This document shows, in pieces, positions 28,895-39,098 of a stretch of DNA of 64,000 nt. The stretch spans positions 28,523-92,522 of the forward strand of contig JBDKUY010000026.1 of assembly GCA_039679445.1 (NCBI GenBank), given 5' to 3'. The notes beneath the pieces are model-generated. The model ran no database searches, was not told the DNA's origin, and worked only from the letters and a program-made list of their open reading frames with translations. Position numbers and translations under genes: made by a program. The DNA comes from Methanofastidiosum sp. Its GTDB lineage: Archaea; Methanobacteriota_B; Thermococci; Methanofastidiosales; Methanofastidiosaceae. Positions within the stretch are counted from its first letter, which is position 1; each line of letters opens with the position of its first letter.

Positions 28895-30316
28895 TTGGTT
28901 GTATATATAGTAGGTGCAGGCCCAGGCGATCCAAAGTTAATCACAGTAAAAGCACTTGAAATGATAAAAAAAGCTGATGTTATCCTATATGATAAACTTG
29001 TAAGTAAAGATTTACTTTCATACTCCAAGAAGGAGTGCATAAAAATATATGTTGGAAAAAAATCTGAAGGGTCCAGCCAATCTCAAGAAGATATAAATAA
29101 AGAACTATGTGATTATGGGGAAAAATACGATATTGTTGTTAGGCTTAAAGGTGGAGACCCATATATATTTGGTAGAGGTGCAGAGGAAGCGATGTACCTC
29201 TACGAGCGAGGTATACCCTTTGAAGTTATCCCCGGTATTTCATCAACTGTATCATGTCCCATGTATTCAGGAATCCCCCTTTCTTATAGGGAATCGAATT
29301 CAGCGTTTGCGTTTTTAACTGGTCATGAGGCCGAAGATAAATCATTTAGCATAAACTGGGACAAACTTCCAGACACCCTAGTAATAGTAATGGGTATAAA
29401 AAACAGAGCTGCAATAGCTCAAAATCTAATTAAAGCTGGATTCGATCCAAAAACACCAGTGGCCATAATTAAAAATGGAACAACTTTACTTCAAGAAACA
29501 ACAGTGTGTGACCTAAGTACTTTAGGAGAAACCCCTGCCGAGCCACCTTCTGTCATATTTGTAGGCAAAAATGTGTTATTTAGAGATAAACTTGACTTCT
29601 TTGAAAAGAAATTACTTTTGATAAAAGGAAAAGAGATATTCGTCTCCAGAGAAAATGGGGAAGAATTAGAGATTATGAAAAAAATGGGTGCACACATCTT
29701 TGCCTATTCTCTTATTGATATAATTAATATTGAGTTTAAGATTCCCAGATTATCAGATTATGATGTCATCGTCCTTACAAGTGCAACAGGTGTTGATAGG
29801 CTCGAAGGTACTGAGTTACCAGAGGATAAAGAATACTACACAATAGGGCCAAAAACTGAAGAAAAGTTAATTCAAAAGGGAATATATCCCAGAAGACCTG
29901 AAAAATACAATTCAAAAGAACTAGCAAAATTTATGATATCTGAATTTAAGGAAAGAAAAAAGATTTTGACTTTGAGATCACAAGAAGCTCCAGGATACTT
30001 AGAGGAACAATTAATGGAATTTCACGATGTTACAAGGGTTGACGTCTATAAAGTCAAAATGAGGGATGACATACCAGAAAAAAAGAATTTTGACATAGCA
30101 TTCATTTCAAGCTCTTCAAATGCAACAGCCTTTAAAAAGAAAGGATTAAAAGCAGAAACTATTGTCTCAATTGGACCTGAAACTAGTAACGCCCTCACCA
30201 AAAAGGGGATTAATCCGACAATCGAAGCTGATACCCATACTCTTTCAGGCATGCTCGAGGCCTTATTGGACTATCTAATCAGATGTGATAATTTTGACAA
30301 GAATAAAAGATCCTAA
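28895..30316 (+). CDS. cobA/hemD: Bifunctional uroporphyrinogen-III C-methyltransferase / uroporphyrinogen-III synthase
   Basis: The N-terminal half has SUMT motifs (VYIVGAGPGDPKLITVKA, VVRLKGGDPYIFGRG). The C-terminal half is HemD-like. The start is TTG at 28895. Confidence 0.85.
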   Translation: MVVYIVGAGPGDPKLITVKALEMIKKADVILYDKLVSKDLLSYSKKECIKIYVGKKSEGSSQSQEDINKELCDYGEKYDIVVRLKGGDPYIFGRGAEEAMYLYERGIPFEVIPGISSTVSCPMYSGIPLSYRESNSAFAFLTGHEAEDKSFSINWDKLPDTLVIVMGIKNRAAIAQNLIKAGFDPKTPVAIIKNGTTLLQETTVCDLSTLGETPAEPPSVIFVGKNVLFRDKLDFFEKKLLLIKGKEIFVSRENGEELEIMKKMGAHIFAYSLIDIINIEFKIPRLSDYDVIVLTSATGVDRLEGTELPEDKEYYTIGPKTEEKLIQKGIYPRRPEKYNSKELAKFMISEFKERKKILTLRSQEAPGYLEEQLMEFHDVTRVDVYKVKMRDDIPEKKNFDIAFISSSSNATAFKKKGLKAETIVSIGPETSNALTKKGINPTIEADTHTLSGMLEALLDYLIRCDNFDKNKRS

Positions 30317-30806
30317 AAATATAGGAATAGTTGCAGTATTTTCTGCACTTGCATTTGTTGCTACTAGGTTTCTCCAGATCCCAATACTCCAAACAGGAGG
30401 ATATCTTAACTTTGGCGAGGCCATAATATATATTGCCGCTATCTTCTTTGGACCTGCTGTCGGAGGACTCGTCGGTGCTATTGGACCAGCTCTTGCCGAT
30501 ATTACATCCCCATATGCTGCCTTTGCTCCTTTTACATTTATCATAAAAGGTATTGAAGGATTTATAGTAGGCAAAATAGCGTCTAGTGATAAGAATAAAG
30601 TTACTAAAATCATAGGGGTAGTGGCTGGTGGGGGGATAATGGTTATTAGCTATTTTATCGTTGAGATATTAATATTTTTGATACCGCCCCCAGTTGCACT
30701 TATAGAGGTACCATTTAATGTGCTCCAGTTCATAGTCGGTGGAACAATAGCCATAATTATAACTGATAGGCTCAAAAAAAGTGTAGATAGGATAATGTAC
30801 AGATAG
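30285..30806 (+). CDS. ECF-transporter S-component-like membrane protein
   Basis: 173 aa and 5-6 TM, rich in Gly/Ala/Pro, resembling vitamin-type S components. GTG start at 30285 overlaps the cobA/hemD stop. The substrate is unknown. Confidence 0.45.
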   Translation: MIILTRIKDPKNIGIVAVFSALAFVATRFLQIPILQTGGYLNFGEAIIYIAAIFFGPAVGGLVGAIGPALADITSPYAAFAPFTFIIKGIEGFIVGKIASSDKNKVTKIIGVVAGGGIMVISYFIVEILIFLIPPPVALIEVPFNVLQFIVGGTIAIIITDRLKKSVDRIMYR

Positions 30807-30807
30807 T

Positions 30808-31374
30808 ATGAAAGACAAATCTAAGTATCTTAAAGATTTAAAGAAAGTAATTGAACAAGGTGAAGTAGACTTTAGGATAATTGATACACTAAACATCCTA
30901 AACTCTAAAGAGAACTATTATACCACTTCAAGTTGTGCTGGCAGGATAATACTTATTGAAATTGAAGAGATAGGCGGTAAGAAAGAATCTAACTTTATCT
31001 TTAAGAGTCATGAAAAGGTAGATTATAAAGATATCTGGAGAGCTATAAATCAATACAGTGGAAGCAAAATGCTTTTTTTAATAGTCAACTCACCTATAAT
31101 TCATGTTGTTTGCAGAAATCTAGAATCTGCCAAAAAATTGATTTATATTTCAAAAGAGTCAGGATTTAAATATTCATCAATTTTCTCGTTGGGAGAAAAG
31201 ATAATTGTAGAGATAAGATCAACAGAAAAAATGGATGCTCCAGTTGTAAAAAACGGCAAGATTTATCCTAGCGAAGAATACGTAACATTCCTAGTTGAAA
31301 TAGGAAATCAACTACTCGATAGAATCAGAAAGAAGATAGAAAAGCTTAATGAAAATCTAAGAAATATAGAATAG
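30808..31374 (+). CDS. Taw3/TYW3-like tRNA wyosine-derivative methyltransferase
   Basis: 188 aa with the YTTSSCAGRI motif, corresponding to the SSCSGR signature of TYW3/Taw3. Confidence 0.6.
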   Translation: MKDKSKYLKDLKKVIEQGEVDFRIIDTLNILNSKENYYTTSSCAGRIILIEIEEIGGKKESNFIFKSHEKVDYKDIWRAINQYSGSKMLFLIVNSPIIHVVCRNLESAKKLIYISKESGFKYSSIFSLGEKIIVEIRSTEKMDAPVVKNGKIYPSEEYVTFLVEIGNQLLDRIRKKIEKLNENLRNIE

Positions 31375-31389
31375 AAAATAATAAAATAT

Positions 31390-31701
31390 TTATTTTTTAT
31401 TTGTCTTTTTCTTTAGAGGTATATCAAAGTTCATGTCTTTTAGTGTGTCTGTTTTTACAATGGCTTTTACTTTTTCAAGCCCAGAGGTTAGTGATTCATC
31501 AATCTTCAGCCTGTAGACGATAATACCGAGCTGTTCATAACTTTTAACAATGTCTTCATTGTATACTGGGATATCAATTTTAATAGGTTCATCTGTTGGG
31601 TTACCAACGATTATGTCCCTATATCCTAGTTTTGCGACATTTTCTACAATATAGCCACCCATGTTCTGGACATCTTTTGGGAAAAGAATAAATTTAGCCA
31701 T
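31390..31701 (-). CDS. Small hydrophilic hypothetical protein at the 3' end of the hydrogenase operon (EhbP-like position)
   Basis: About 103 aa from MAKFILFPKD. The start is tightly juxtaposed to the NuoH-like gene stop at 31704. The ORF-track start at 31845 would overlap that gene. Confidence 0.4.
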   Translation of the reverse strand: MAKFILFPKDVQNMGGYIVENVAKLGYRDIIVGNPTDEPIKIDIPVYNEDIVKSYEQLGIIVYRLKIDESLTSGLEKVKAIVKTDTLKDMNFDIPLKKKTNKK

Positions 31702-31703
31702 TT

Positions 31704-32759
31704 TTACATCACCGCCAATAGAGATAATACAATTGTAAGGAATCCAAGTGCTGTGAATCCCATTGAAACTGGGTAGATTTGCTTGAAAGTAAATATAGGT
31801 GAGAATGCAGATACTATCGAGAATAGTATTGGCATTATCAAACAAAGTAAGCAGTGTACTAATAGTAAAGGTAAATTAAGTGTCGGTGGAAGCCCTATGA
31901 ACAAAGTTATGAAAACGCTTGAGAGTACAAATAGTATTGATTCTCTCATTAAGTAGTATCCCCCTCTTGCCCAAGCTGCATACTCTAATGATGGTCCCTC
32001 GATTACATCTGATTTAGCTTTTTCAATGCTGAATGGATATTCGTTTAGTAACATAATGTACCCAATGAAGTAAACAAATCCGGCTAACATTCCAGGGAAT
32101 GTAAATAGGATTGGCTTTAGACTCAATATTTTATTAAGGTACATTAAATCAATCAATCCACCTGGATAGATGAATGAAGCATCAAATCCTTGGAATTGAA
32201 CTATGTCGGAGAAATTAATTGATTTTGCTAGAACTACGGGTACGAACATTGCAAGATATAGTGGAAATGATCCCACAGTAATCATCTTAAATGCCCTTAT
32301 CACGCTCTGTTGCTCAAAGAATCTTCTATATTCCCCTTTCATGACTGCACCTTTAATCTGGTCTGCATACGGCATTGAAACAGATAGAATAGATCTTGAA
32401 AAGCTACCAATAGCCATAAACAAAAACTCTATTACTTTTAGTAAACCAACTACCGCTACAACTGTTCCTAGCGCATTTACGCCCCACCAGTCTGGTGTTG
32501 TAAAGAGGGCAGCAAAAAACATCACAAATATTCCAATTATAGGTAGACTGTGGAATAATCTTGGCATTGGTGAATTTGGTTTAATCTTTTCTTTATAGAA
32601 GAACTTAAGAATTGCCCAGAAACCAGGTGTAAGCATAGGTGGCCCTATCCTCTGCTGTATCCTAGCCTGAACTTTCCTTTCAAGACCGGGTATAACGAAT
32701 CCAGTAATTAATGCTGCCAATGGAATAAGTATCGTTGCAAGTATAAGTTCAATCATCAT
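31704..32759 (-). CDS. Energy-converting hydrogenase integral membrane subunit, NuoH/HyfC/EhbO/MbhM-like
   Basis: 351 aa with about 8 TM helices and NuoH-family character. It overlaps the large-subunit stop by 4 nt. Confidence 0.75.
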   Translation of the reverse strand: MMIELILATILIPLAALITGFVIPGLERKVQARIQQRIGPPMLTPGFWAILKFFYKEKIKPNSPMPRLFHSLPIIGIFVMFFAALFTTPDWWGVNALGTVVAVVGLLKVIEFLFMAIGSFSRSILSVSMPYADQIKGAVMKGEYRRFFEQQSVIRAFKMITVGSFPLYLAMFVPVVLAKSINFSDIVQFQGFDASFIYPGGLIDLMYLNKILSLKPILFTFPGMLAGFVYFIGYIMLLNEYPFSIEKAKSDVIEGPSLEYAAWARGGYYLMRESILFVLSSVFITLFIGLPPTLNLPLLLVHCLLCLIMPILFSIVSAFSPIFTFKQIYPVSMGFTALGFLTIVLSLLAVM

Positions 32760-33946
32760 AGACCCCTCCTAATTAGGCTCTTTACATCCTCTTCTGTGAA
32801 AATCCTCTCCTTCCCATTTTCAACAACTATGGCCCTGTTAGTACAGGCCAAACATGGGTCACAGCTTGCCATTGTAAGCATACCATCTGTTAATTGATCC
32901 CCGATGCATGCAACTTCCATTGATGCTAAAGCTGTAAGAGTTGGAGTTCTGTTTTGGTAGCTTCTTATCCTTCCAGTTTCATCAAGAGAAAGAGAATCAT
33001 AAATTTCCCCCCTTGGGGCTTCTATATATGAAGTTGAAAATTTCATTTCCTTCAATTCGAAACTTCTGTTTGATACTGGTCCAGAAGGTAAGGATTCAAG
33101 TGCCTGTTTAATAATCTTAACAGATTCAATTGATTCAAGAGCCCTAGCGACAACTCTGTCTTTGTTATCTCCATCATCTAAGACTATAACATTGAAATCA
33201 AATTTCTTATATTCCTTCATTTTCTTTCTAAGATCGACGCCCCATCCACTTGCTCTACCAGTTGGTCCTGGTGCTGCAAATTTCTGGGCTTCTTCTTTAG
33301 TTAATACTCCGCTTCCTTTTACCCTTGACATAATCATTGAATCATTAATGATCCTATTTGCATAATCGCCTATTTTAACATCTAATTTAGACAACCTAGT
33401 CTTTAATTCAGACATTCTGTAATCATCAATATCACATCTTGGCCTGACCCCACCGAGTATAGGAACTGCATAGTGAACTCTATTACCCGAAATTATGTAT
33501 AGAAGATCCATTATATCTTCCCTCAAGGTAAAAGCCCTCATACACATTGTCTCGTGGCCCAATACTTCAGTTGCATGTGCCAAGTAAATCAAGTGGCTAT
33601 GAAGTCTTTCAAGTTCAGCCATTATGACTCTTATATAATCTGCTCTTTCTGGAACATTAATCCTAAGACCTCTTTCAACAGCCCTTGTACCATTCCAAAG
33701 ATGTATGTGTGAACATATACCGCAAATTCTTTCAGTAATAATAAGGCCTTTATGAACAGGCATCCCTTCCATAATTCTTTCAATACCTTTATGGTAAGGA
33801 TCAAGAGTAAGTTCACAATCAACAATTACTTCGTCCTCTACAAAGAATCTTGCCCTATAAGGTTCAAGCATTCCAGGATGCACAAGACCTATTGGAATTT
33901 CAACTTCTGCCTTTTCTTTTCTAGCTTTTTCCCCCACTCTTATCAC
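32756..33946 (-). CDS. Group 4 [NiFe] hydrogenase large subunit (NuoD-like)
   Basis: N-terminal Ni-binding RICGICSHIH motif and C-terminal DPCLACTNR motif. It is 396 aa with no NuoC fusion. Confidence 0.85.
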   Translation of the reverse strand: MIRVGEKARKEKAEVEIPIGLVHPGMLEPYRARFFVEDEVIVDCELTLDPYHKGIERIMEGMPVHKGLIITERICGICSHIHLWNGTRAVERGLRINVPERADYIRVIMAELERLHSHLIYLAHATEVLGHETMCMRAFTLREDIMDLLYIISGNRVHYAVPILGGVRPRCDIDDYRMSELKTRLSKLDVKIGDYANRIINDSMIMSRVKGSGVLTKEEAQKFAAPGPTGRASGWGVDLRKKMKEYKKFDFNVIVLDDGDNKDRVVARALESIESVKIIKQALESLPSGPVSNRSFELKEMKFSTSYIEAPRGEIYDSLSLDETGRIRSYQNRTPTLTALASMEVACIGDQLTDGMLTMASCDPCLACTNRAIVVENGKERIFTEEDVKSLIRRGL

Positions 33947-34386
33947 CTCTCCAATAATAAAGGTATACCTGCTGCAATACCTGCGATGATATCTTCGGGT
34001 CTAGGAGGGCATCCCGGAATATACGCATCAACGGGTATTACCTCATCTACTCTGCAAACTACTTCGTCACTGTCCCCAAGTTCTCCACCAAAATCTTTGA
34101 ATATACCACATCTAACTCCGCATGAGCCAACTGCAGCAACTATTTTTGGTTCAGGAATTGCCTCATAAATTTTCTTTAAAGGTTCTATTGTTCTTCTTAA
34201 AACAGGCCCTGTAACAGCTAGTACATCTGCTTCCCTTGGATTCCAAGTTAGTATGACTTTGTACTGCTCAAGATCATATCTCGGTGACCATGCAACATTT
34301 GCAACTTCAATATCGCATCCATTACACCCGCCTGTGTAAAACAACATGACATGAATTGCGTTTTTTCTAGAAAGTTTTTTTAACAT
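33943..34386 (-). CDS. [NiFe] hydrogenase small subunit (NuoB-like, proximal 4Fe-4S)
   Basis: 147 aa with GGCNGCDIE, GSCGVRCG and GCPPRP motifs. Confidence 0.85.
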   Translation of the reverse strand: MLKKLSRKNAIHVMLFYTGGCNGCDIEVANVAWSPRYDLEQYKVILTWNPREADVLAVTGPVLRRTIEPLKKIYEAIPEPKIVAAVGSCGVRCGIFKDFGGELGDSDEVVCRVDEVIPVDAYIPGCPPRPEDIIAGIAAGIPLLLER

Positions 34387-34388
34387 TT

Positions 34389-34874
34389 TTACACCTCTTC
34401 AAAATACTTTGAGGAGTCCTTAGCCATTATATCAATGATTTCTTTTATCTGAGCTTCTTTGAGTTTTATTGGTTCTTTTAAGAGCTTAGCAGGGTCGGCT
34501 TTAAATTCTCCAACTTCTCTTGGATGAATTGCCCCAGGCTTTCCGTAGAATGCATAAATTGGACAGTTATCGTGGCACCAAAAACAGTAAAGGCATTTTA
34601 AGGGATCGTATTTTGGAGTCTGTGTCTTTGTGTACCCTTTTACTATTTCAACTGGTTTCTCTAGAGGCACCATTTCTATTGCTTCTACTGGACAGATATT
34701 AGCACATCCCCCACACCCGATGCATGATTCATCGTTAACAGCTTCGGGATATTTCACCTTGCCTTGAAGTATTGAATTTCTGATATCTTTACTTGTTACT
34801 CTATCAGCAGCAAAAAGTATTCTAAGGATATTTACATAAATACCCCTAAGAAATATTAAAAAAATACTTTTCAT
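34389..34874 (-). CDS. 2[4Fe-4S] ferredoxin subunit (NuoI-like)
   Basis: CIGCGGCANICP and CLYCFWCHDNCP motifs. Confidence 0.75.
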   Translation of the reverse strand: MKSIFLIFLRGIYVNILRILFAADRVTSKDIRNSILQGKVKYPEAVNDESCIGCGGCANICPVEAIEMVPLEKPVEIVKGYTKTQTPKYDPLKCLYCFWCHDNCPIYAFYGKPGAIHPREVGEFKADPAKLLKEPIKLKEAQIKEIIDIMAKDSSKYFEEV

Positions 34875-35854
34875 TATTTAGACCTCCCGTTAATAGTTCT
34901 GTCTTCAAAATCTGTCTGTACATTAATTGCATAAGCTGGACAAATATTATCACATGCACCACATCTAATGCATTTTTTCATATCAAAGACAAGTTTTTTG
35001 GACTTGACAGATATTGCGTCAGATGGACAAATTTTAACACACTGCTCACACATTATACATAAATCATCATTGTAGGTAAGTGTTCCACCTTTGATTTCTT
35101 TGTGATATCTTGTCTTTCTTGGAAGACATTGGACGGGACAATATGCACCACAGTTTTCACACATTACGCATTTTTCAAGATTTACTCTAAATCCGTTCAA
35201 ATCGACCTCAATGCACTTAGTTGGACAGACTTCTTTGCAGATACCACATTGGATACATCCTTCGTGTTCTCCTTGCCACTCTCTGTAGTTTAACTTAATT
35301 GCATCTTTTTTACAAGCTGTTGTACAAATTCCACAAAGGATACAGTGACCAGTGAACATCTTCTCTCTTTCACTTGTCATAATTTTTGTTGGACAAGCTT
35401 TAACACAAAGATTACAATTGATACATGTTACTGTATCAAATCTTATTCTTCCTCCTTCCCACTTTAAAGCATCTGTTGGACAGGCATCCACACATAGTCC
35501 ACATTGATTACAATAATAGAGTTTCCTTTTTGAGTTGCCCTTAATTATCTTAGGTCTGTGATTTTCAATGACAATTGCATTATTAATACATTTTCTAACA
35601 CAAGTGTAACAAGAAACACATTTTCCATAATCGATGAAGGAATTTTTTATTGCGCCTACTGGACAAACATCCATACACACATCACAATGAGTGCAAACCC
35701 CAGGAGTTGCTTCATATTTTATTGCGTTTGCAGGGCAGTAGTAAGTACATCGGCCTCCTTTATCGCATCTATTTTCATCTATGGCTATGCTTAAGAGCTT
35801 GGCTTTTCCTTTAGTCTGAACTGGACCTCCGTCCCTATCTTTTTGCTTTGGCAT
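34874..35854 (-). CDS. Polyferredoxin, about 10 [4Fe-4S] clusters
   Basis: 326 aa with about 10 CxxCxxCxxxC(P) motifs, as in methanogen Eha/Ehb or Mvh polyferredoxins. Confidence 0.8.
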   Translation of the reverse strand: MPKQKDRDGGPVQTKGKAKLLSIAIDENRCDKGGRCTYYCPANAIKYEATPGVCTHCDVCMDVCPVGAIKNSFIDYGKCVSCYTCVRKCINNAIVIENHRPKIIKGNSKRKLYYCNQCGLCVDACPTDALKWEGGRIRFDTVTCINCNLCVKACPTKIMTSEREKMFTGHCILCGICTTACKKDAIKLNYREWQGEHEGCIQCGICKEVCPTKCIEVDLNGFRVNLEKCVMCENCGAYCPVQCLPRKTRYHKEIKGGTLTYNDDLCIMCEQCVKICPSDAISVKSKKLVFDMKKCIRCGACDNICPAYAINVQTDFEDRTINGRSK

Positions 35855-36243
35855 TATCTCTTCACCTCTTCGATTGTCATTGACTCAAGATTAAACCTAA
35901 GCTTTCCTTCGGCATTGACTCTGGCGCCCATTGGACAAACGTCTCTGCAAACATTGCACATTGCACATATGCCCTCTGGAACTTTCTTATTCTTGTACTT
36001 GACCATCTTTATAACGCTGACAGGGCAGTTCTTTTCACATATGGAGCATCCAATGCATTTTTCTTTGTCTACGATATACCCTCCATATCTATTTTTGAAT
36101 ATAGCATCGACAGGACATACTTCCATGCATTTGCCACATGTGACACAACTGAAAGCTTTGTCATTAATTATTCTAGTACTCTTCGTAGGGCATGCTTCTA
36201 CGCACTTCTTAGCTAGATTACATTTATCAGTGGCAATGTACAT
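35854..36243 (-). CDS. Ferredoxin with 3-4 [4Fe-4S] motifs
   Basis: 129 aa with four CxxCxxCxxxCP-type motifs. Confidence 0.7.
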   Translation of the reverse strand: MYIATDKCNLAKKCVEACPTKSTRIINDKAFSCVTCGKCMEVCPVDAIFKNRYGGYIVDKEKCIGCSICEKNCPVSVIKMVKYKNKKVPEGICAMCNVCRDVCPMGARVNAEGKLRFNLESMTIEEVKR

Positions 36244-36244
36244 C

Positions 36245-36523
36245 TTATTGCCTCCTTATGACCATTGCAATGAAGACTCCGAGCACAGTTGAAAAGAATG
36301 CTTCTGAGAATCTGATTATATGTCCAAATAATGTCCATTGATAATCTGGATATGTGCCCAATGCTGCTGCAATCAGTATAGATACTATCAAAATTACAGG
36401 ATACTTCGCCTTGCTTATCTCTTCAGAGTTGACTTTGTATCCAATTATAATTCCATAAATAAGACCAAATAATATTGGCCCCCATTGATTTGCAAGTCCA
36501 AGTGCTGCAACTTCGCTACTCAT
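36245..36523 (-). CDS. Small hydrogenase-operon membrane protein (92 aa)
   Basis: Two to three TM helices, within an operon with Mrp-like subunits. Confidence 0.4.
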   Translation of the reverse strand: MSSEVAALGLANQWGPILFGLIYGIIIGYKVNSEEISKAKYPVILIVSILIAAALGTYPDYQWTLFGHIIRFSEAFFSTVLGVFIAMVIRRQ

Positions 36524-37313
36524 CTTTCTTCGCCCCCATTAAGAACATGGCTATTAGCGAAAGACCTGCCAACACGTTTAATCCTACACCTATGTTCAAG
36601 TACGGAAGTACTCCTGGGTGTGTTGGATCGGGGTAATCAAGAAAATTATCCCATCCAAATGCTCCAACATGTATTATATCATATGGATCAACACCTGTAT
36701 TGTATAGGTAGTAACCTGTTCCGTAATAATATGTAGTAAAGACAAGCCCAACCACTCCTGTTAGTAAGAATATCAATGCCCCGATAGTTGATAGATTTAC
36801 AAGATATTTATGGGTAAATCTTAGAGGTGTTTTCTTAAGGCCATAAATAACAACAGTTAGGAAGTATCCAGTAGCTATTACTGCTCCACCTGGGAAACCT
36901 CCACCAGGCGAAATATGTCCACCGAGGACAATTGTAACACCAAAGGCTACAAGGAATATTGCTAATGGGAAGGCCATCAATCTTTGAATAACTGTAGATT
37001 TATCTGTCATTTCAGGAGTTTCTTTTTTCGTGTATCCTTTTAATGAACCCCACCCAAATACAACTGTTGTTGTTATTACGGCAGTAATCAGGATGAAAGT
37101 TTCTCCTAATGTATCGTATCCTCTAAAGTCAAACAGTATAACTGTAATAACATTAGGTGCAATATTACCACTGTACAAATTGTATAGGTAACTCATTCCA
37201 GGTACCAAATAATCGCTAAACTGGTAAAGTGTTCTCAGGATAACAAATGAAGCTATCACTAAAGATACCCCTGCGATTATATTTCTACCCTGCTGATAGT
37301 TACTTGTTTTCAC
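36516..37313 (-). CDS. MrpB/MnhB-like antiporter-module subunit
   Basis: 265 aa with the ILFDFRGYDTLGE motif characteristic of the MnhB domain. Confidence 0.7.
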   Translation of the reverse strand: MKTSNYQQGRNIIAGVSLVIASFVILRTLYQFSDYLVPGMSYLYNLYSGNIAPNVITVILFDFRGYDTLGETFILITAVITTTVVFGWGSLKGYTKKETPEMTDKSTVIQRLMAFPLAIFLVAFGVTIVLGGHISPGGGFPGGAVIATGYFLTVVIYGLKKTPLRFTHKYLVNLSTIGALIFLLTGVVGLVFTTYYYGTGYYLYNTGVDPYDIIHVGAFGWDNFLDYPDPTHPGVLPYLNIGVGLNVLAGLSLIAMFLMGAKKDE

Positions 37314-37625
37314 TTAAATCCCTCCTAAGAATATGACAAATAGAAGTGCAAGTGTTAGAGCCACATAGAACGACGATAAGTTTATGGAATCAGTATTTTC
37401 TTTCTCTACTTTGAACACGGTAGGCACTGTAAATAGAATTCCTCCAAGGATAATAAGTGCGCCAAATCCCAATATTGTTGAATTGGCCGTTCGTAATACT
37501 AGTATTGCTCCTATTAGAAGGAATGATAGCATTAGAAATTCTGATGTAAGGGCACTTCCTATACCCATTCCTTGTCCTTTATCTTTCATCTTTTCATGGA
37601 ATATTTCGTATACTTTCTCTAACAA
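37314..37625 (-). CDS. Small membrane subunit of the hydrogenase antiporter module (103 aa)
   Basis: Two to three TM helices in operon context. Confidence 0.4.
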   Translation of the reverse strand: MLEKVYEIFHEKMKDKGQGMGIGSALTSEFLMLSFLLIGAILVLRTANSTILGFGALIILGGILFTVPTVFKVEKENTDSINLSSFYVALTLALLFVIFLGGI

Positions 37626-37628
37626 TTA

Positions 37629-39098
37629 TCACACCCCCAAGGAAACAACAAAATTGTATATCGGATCGTAGATGATATTTGGGAACAATCCTATTGCAAG
37701 ACATGTTAGTATCAATATCACTATAATTGTCTTGAACATAGTTCCACGCACTTCGGTATTGACTTCTACTTTTGGCCCTGGTTTCATGAATATCATGAAG
37801 AATGCTTTTATAACCGCAACAAATGTTGCTACGCTCAATAATATTACAAGTACTCCAAGTTCAGGAACTCCTGCTTGAGTTGCGGCTTGGATTAATCTCC
37901 ATTCACTTTGATAGGAATTAAATGGTGGGACTCCCGATATAGCCAGAGTTGCCAATAACATTACAAATCCTACTAAAGGAACAACCTGTAATCCATCTCC
38001 AAGTTCATCAAGTTTTGTTGTTTTGAATTTATCGTAAACAAAGCTTGCAATGAAGAATAGTATTGCCATGCTTAATACATCATTAATTGCATGGAAAATA
38101 CCTGCTGCAATACCAAAGGAAGTACCTATTCCAAAACCTACCGCTACAAGTCCCGCTTGGGATACAGCTACAAACGACAAAAGCTTTCTAAGTTCTACCT
38201 GTTGTAAAGCCATTACAGAACCTAAGACAACGGTAAATATTGCTAATCACAACATTACAGATTTTAGAAGATCAAAGCCAGTGAAAACTCTGAATAGGAT
38301 TATAGCCATTGCAACAAGAACAAACTTAGACTGAACTTGTAATAATGCAGATATTTCCGGTTTTGCATTTTCGTACATATTACATTTAATTATATGAAAT
38401 GGAAAAAGACCTGATTCATAGAGCCAACCCAATGTTAGCAATGCCACAGCAGATAACGCAATTGGATTTAACTGCCCACCGGCTTTTATGGCGTTGGATA
38501 GATCTGTTATATTCAAAAGTCCGTATACCCCCAAGAGAAGAGCAATTCCTAATAGAATTGAAGCTCCGGAGATTGTTCCAAAAATCATATATTTAAATCC
38601 TGCTTTGAATGATTTAGTATCTTGGACTGCTATTACAAGTGCGACTTGCGCAACTACTAAGATTTCTGTGAAAACGAAGAAGTTGAATATATCATCTGCC
38701 AACATTATTGCACTAGTTGAAGCCAGACTGATGAAAATCATGGCGATATATACCCCCGAAATCATCTTTTTATTGAGTACAGTCAGAACAGTAAAACCAG
38801 TAATTATGGTAAGAACTACCATTAGTATTTTCTGCACAGGCCCATAAGAGTATACTATTCCCATGTATACATCAGGTATTAACAACTTAGATATTTCGGG
38901 AAAACTGCCTGTTCGAAGATGGCCGCTGAACAAATGCACCCCATACAGAGTTACAAGTGGTACAAAGACAAAGATAATCAACGATACTATAGAGATAAAC
39001 TTTACAGATTTATCTTTTTGATGCAGAAAGTTTACTAATATCGCCATTATAAGCGGGAGTACAACCATCAATGGGATCAAAGTACTATTGTTTAACAT
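37629..39098 (-). CDS. NuoL/NuoN/MrpD-like proton/cation-translocating subunit (EhbF/MbhH-like) with a single in-frame TGA at 38247-38249
   Basis: ORFs 38247-39098 and 37629-38213 are in the same frame (start-to-stop offset of 36 nt) and are separated only by one TGA plus 11 sense codons. The N-terminal part has NuoL-family blocks FVFTEILVVAQVALVIA, KAGFKYMIFGTISGA and GLFPFH. The C-terminal part has LRKLLSFVAVSQAG and GVPPFNSYQSEW. The combined 490 codons match family length. Confidence 0.75.

Noticed and set aside
28501-29040. 179-aa reverse-strand ORF.
   Set aside because: It is antisense to the hemC and cobA/hemD junction, whose plus-strand genes have clear signatures.
37626-37628. The 194-aa C-terminal MrpD-like ORF and the following 103-aa ORF being in the same frame, as a second read-through.
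   Set aside because: They are separated by a stop plus one codon and then an ATG with different protein families on each side. It is a chance same-frame adjacency of two genes.
38247-38249. Selenocysteine as the reading of the in-frame TGA.
   Set aside because: It is kept only as an alternative inside the finding. NuoL/MrpD-type subunits are not known selenoproteins, and the aligned position in homologs is a hydrophobic residue rather than Cys. An archaeal SECIS would lie in a 3' UTR, which cannot be evaluated by eye.
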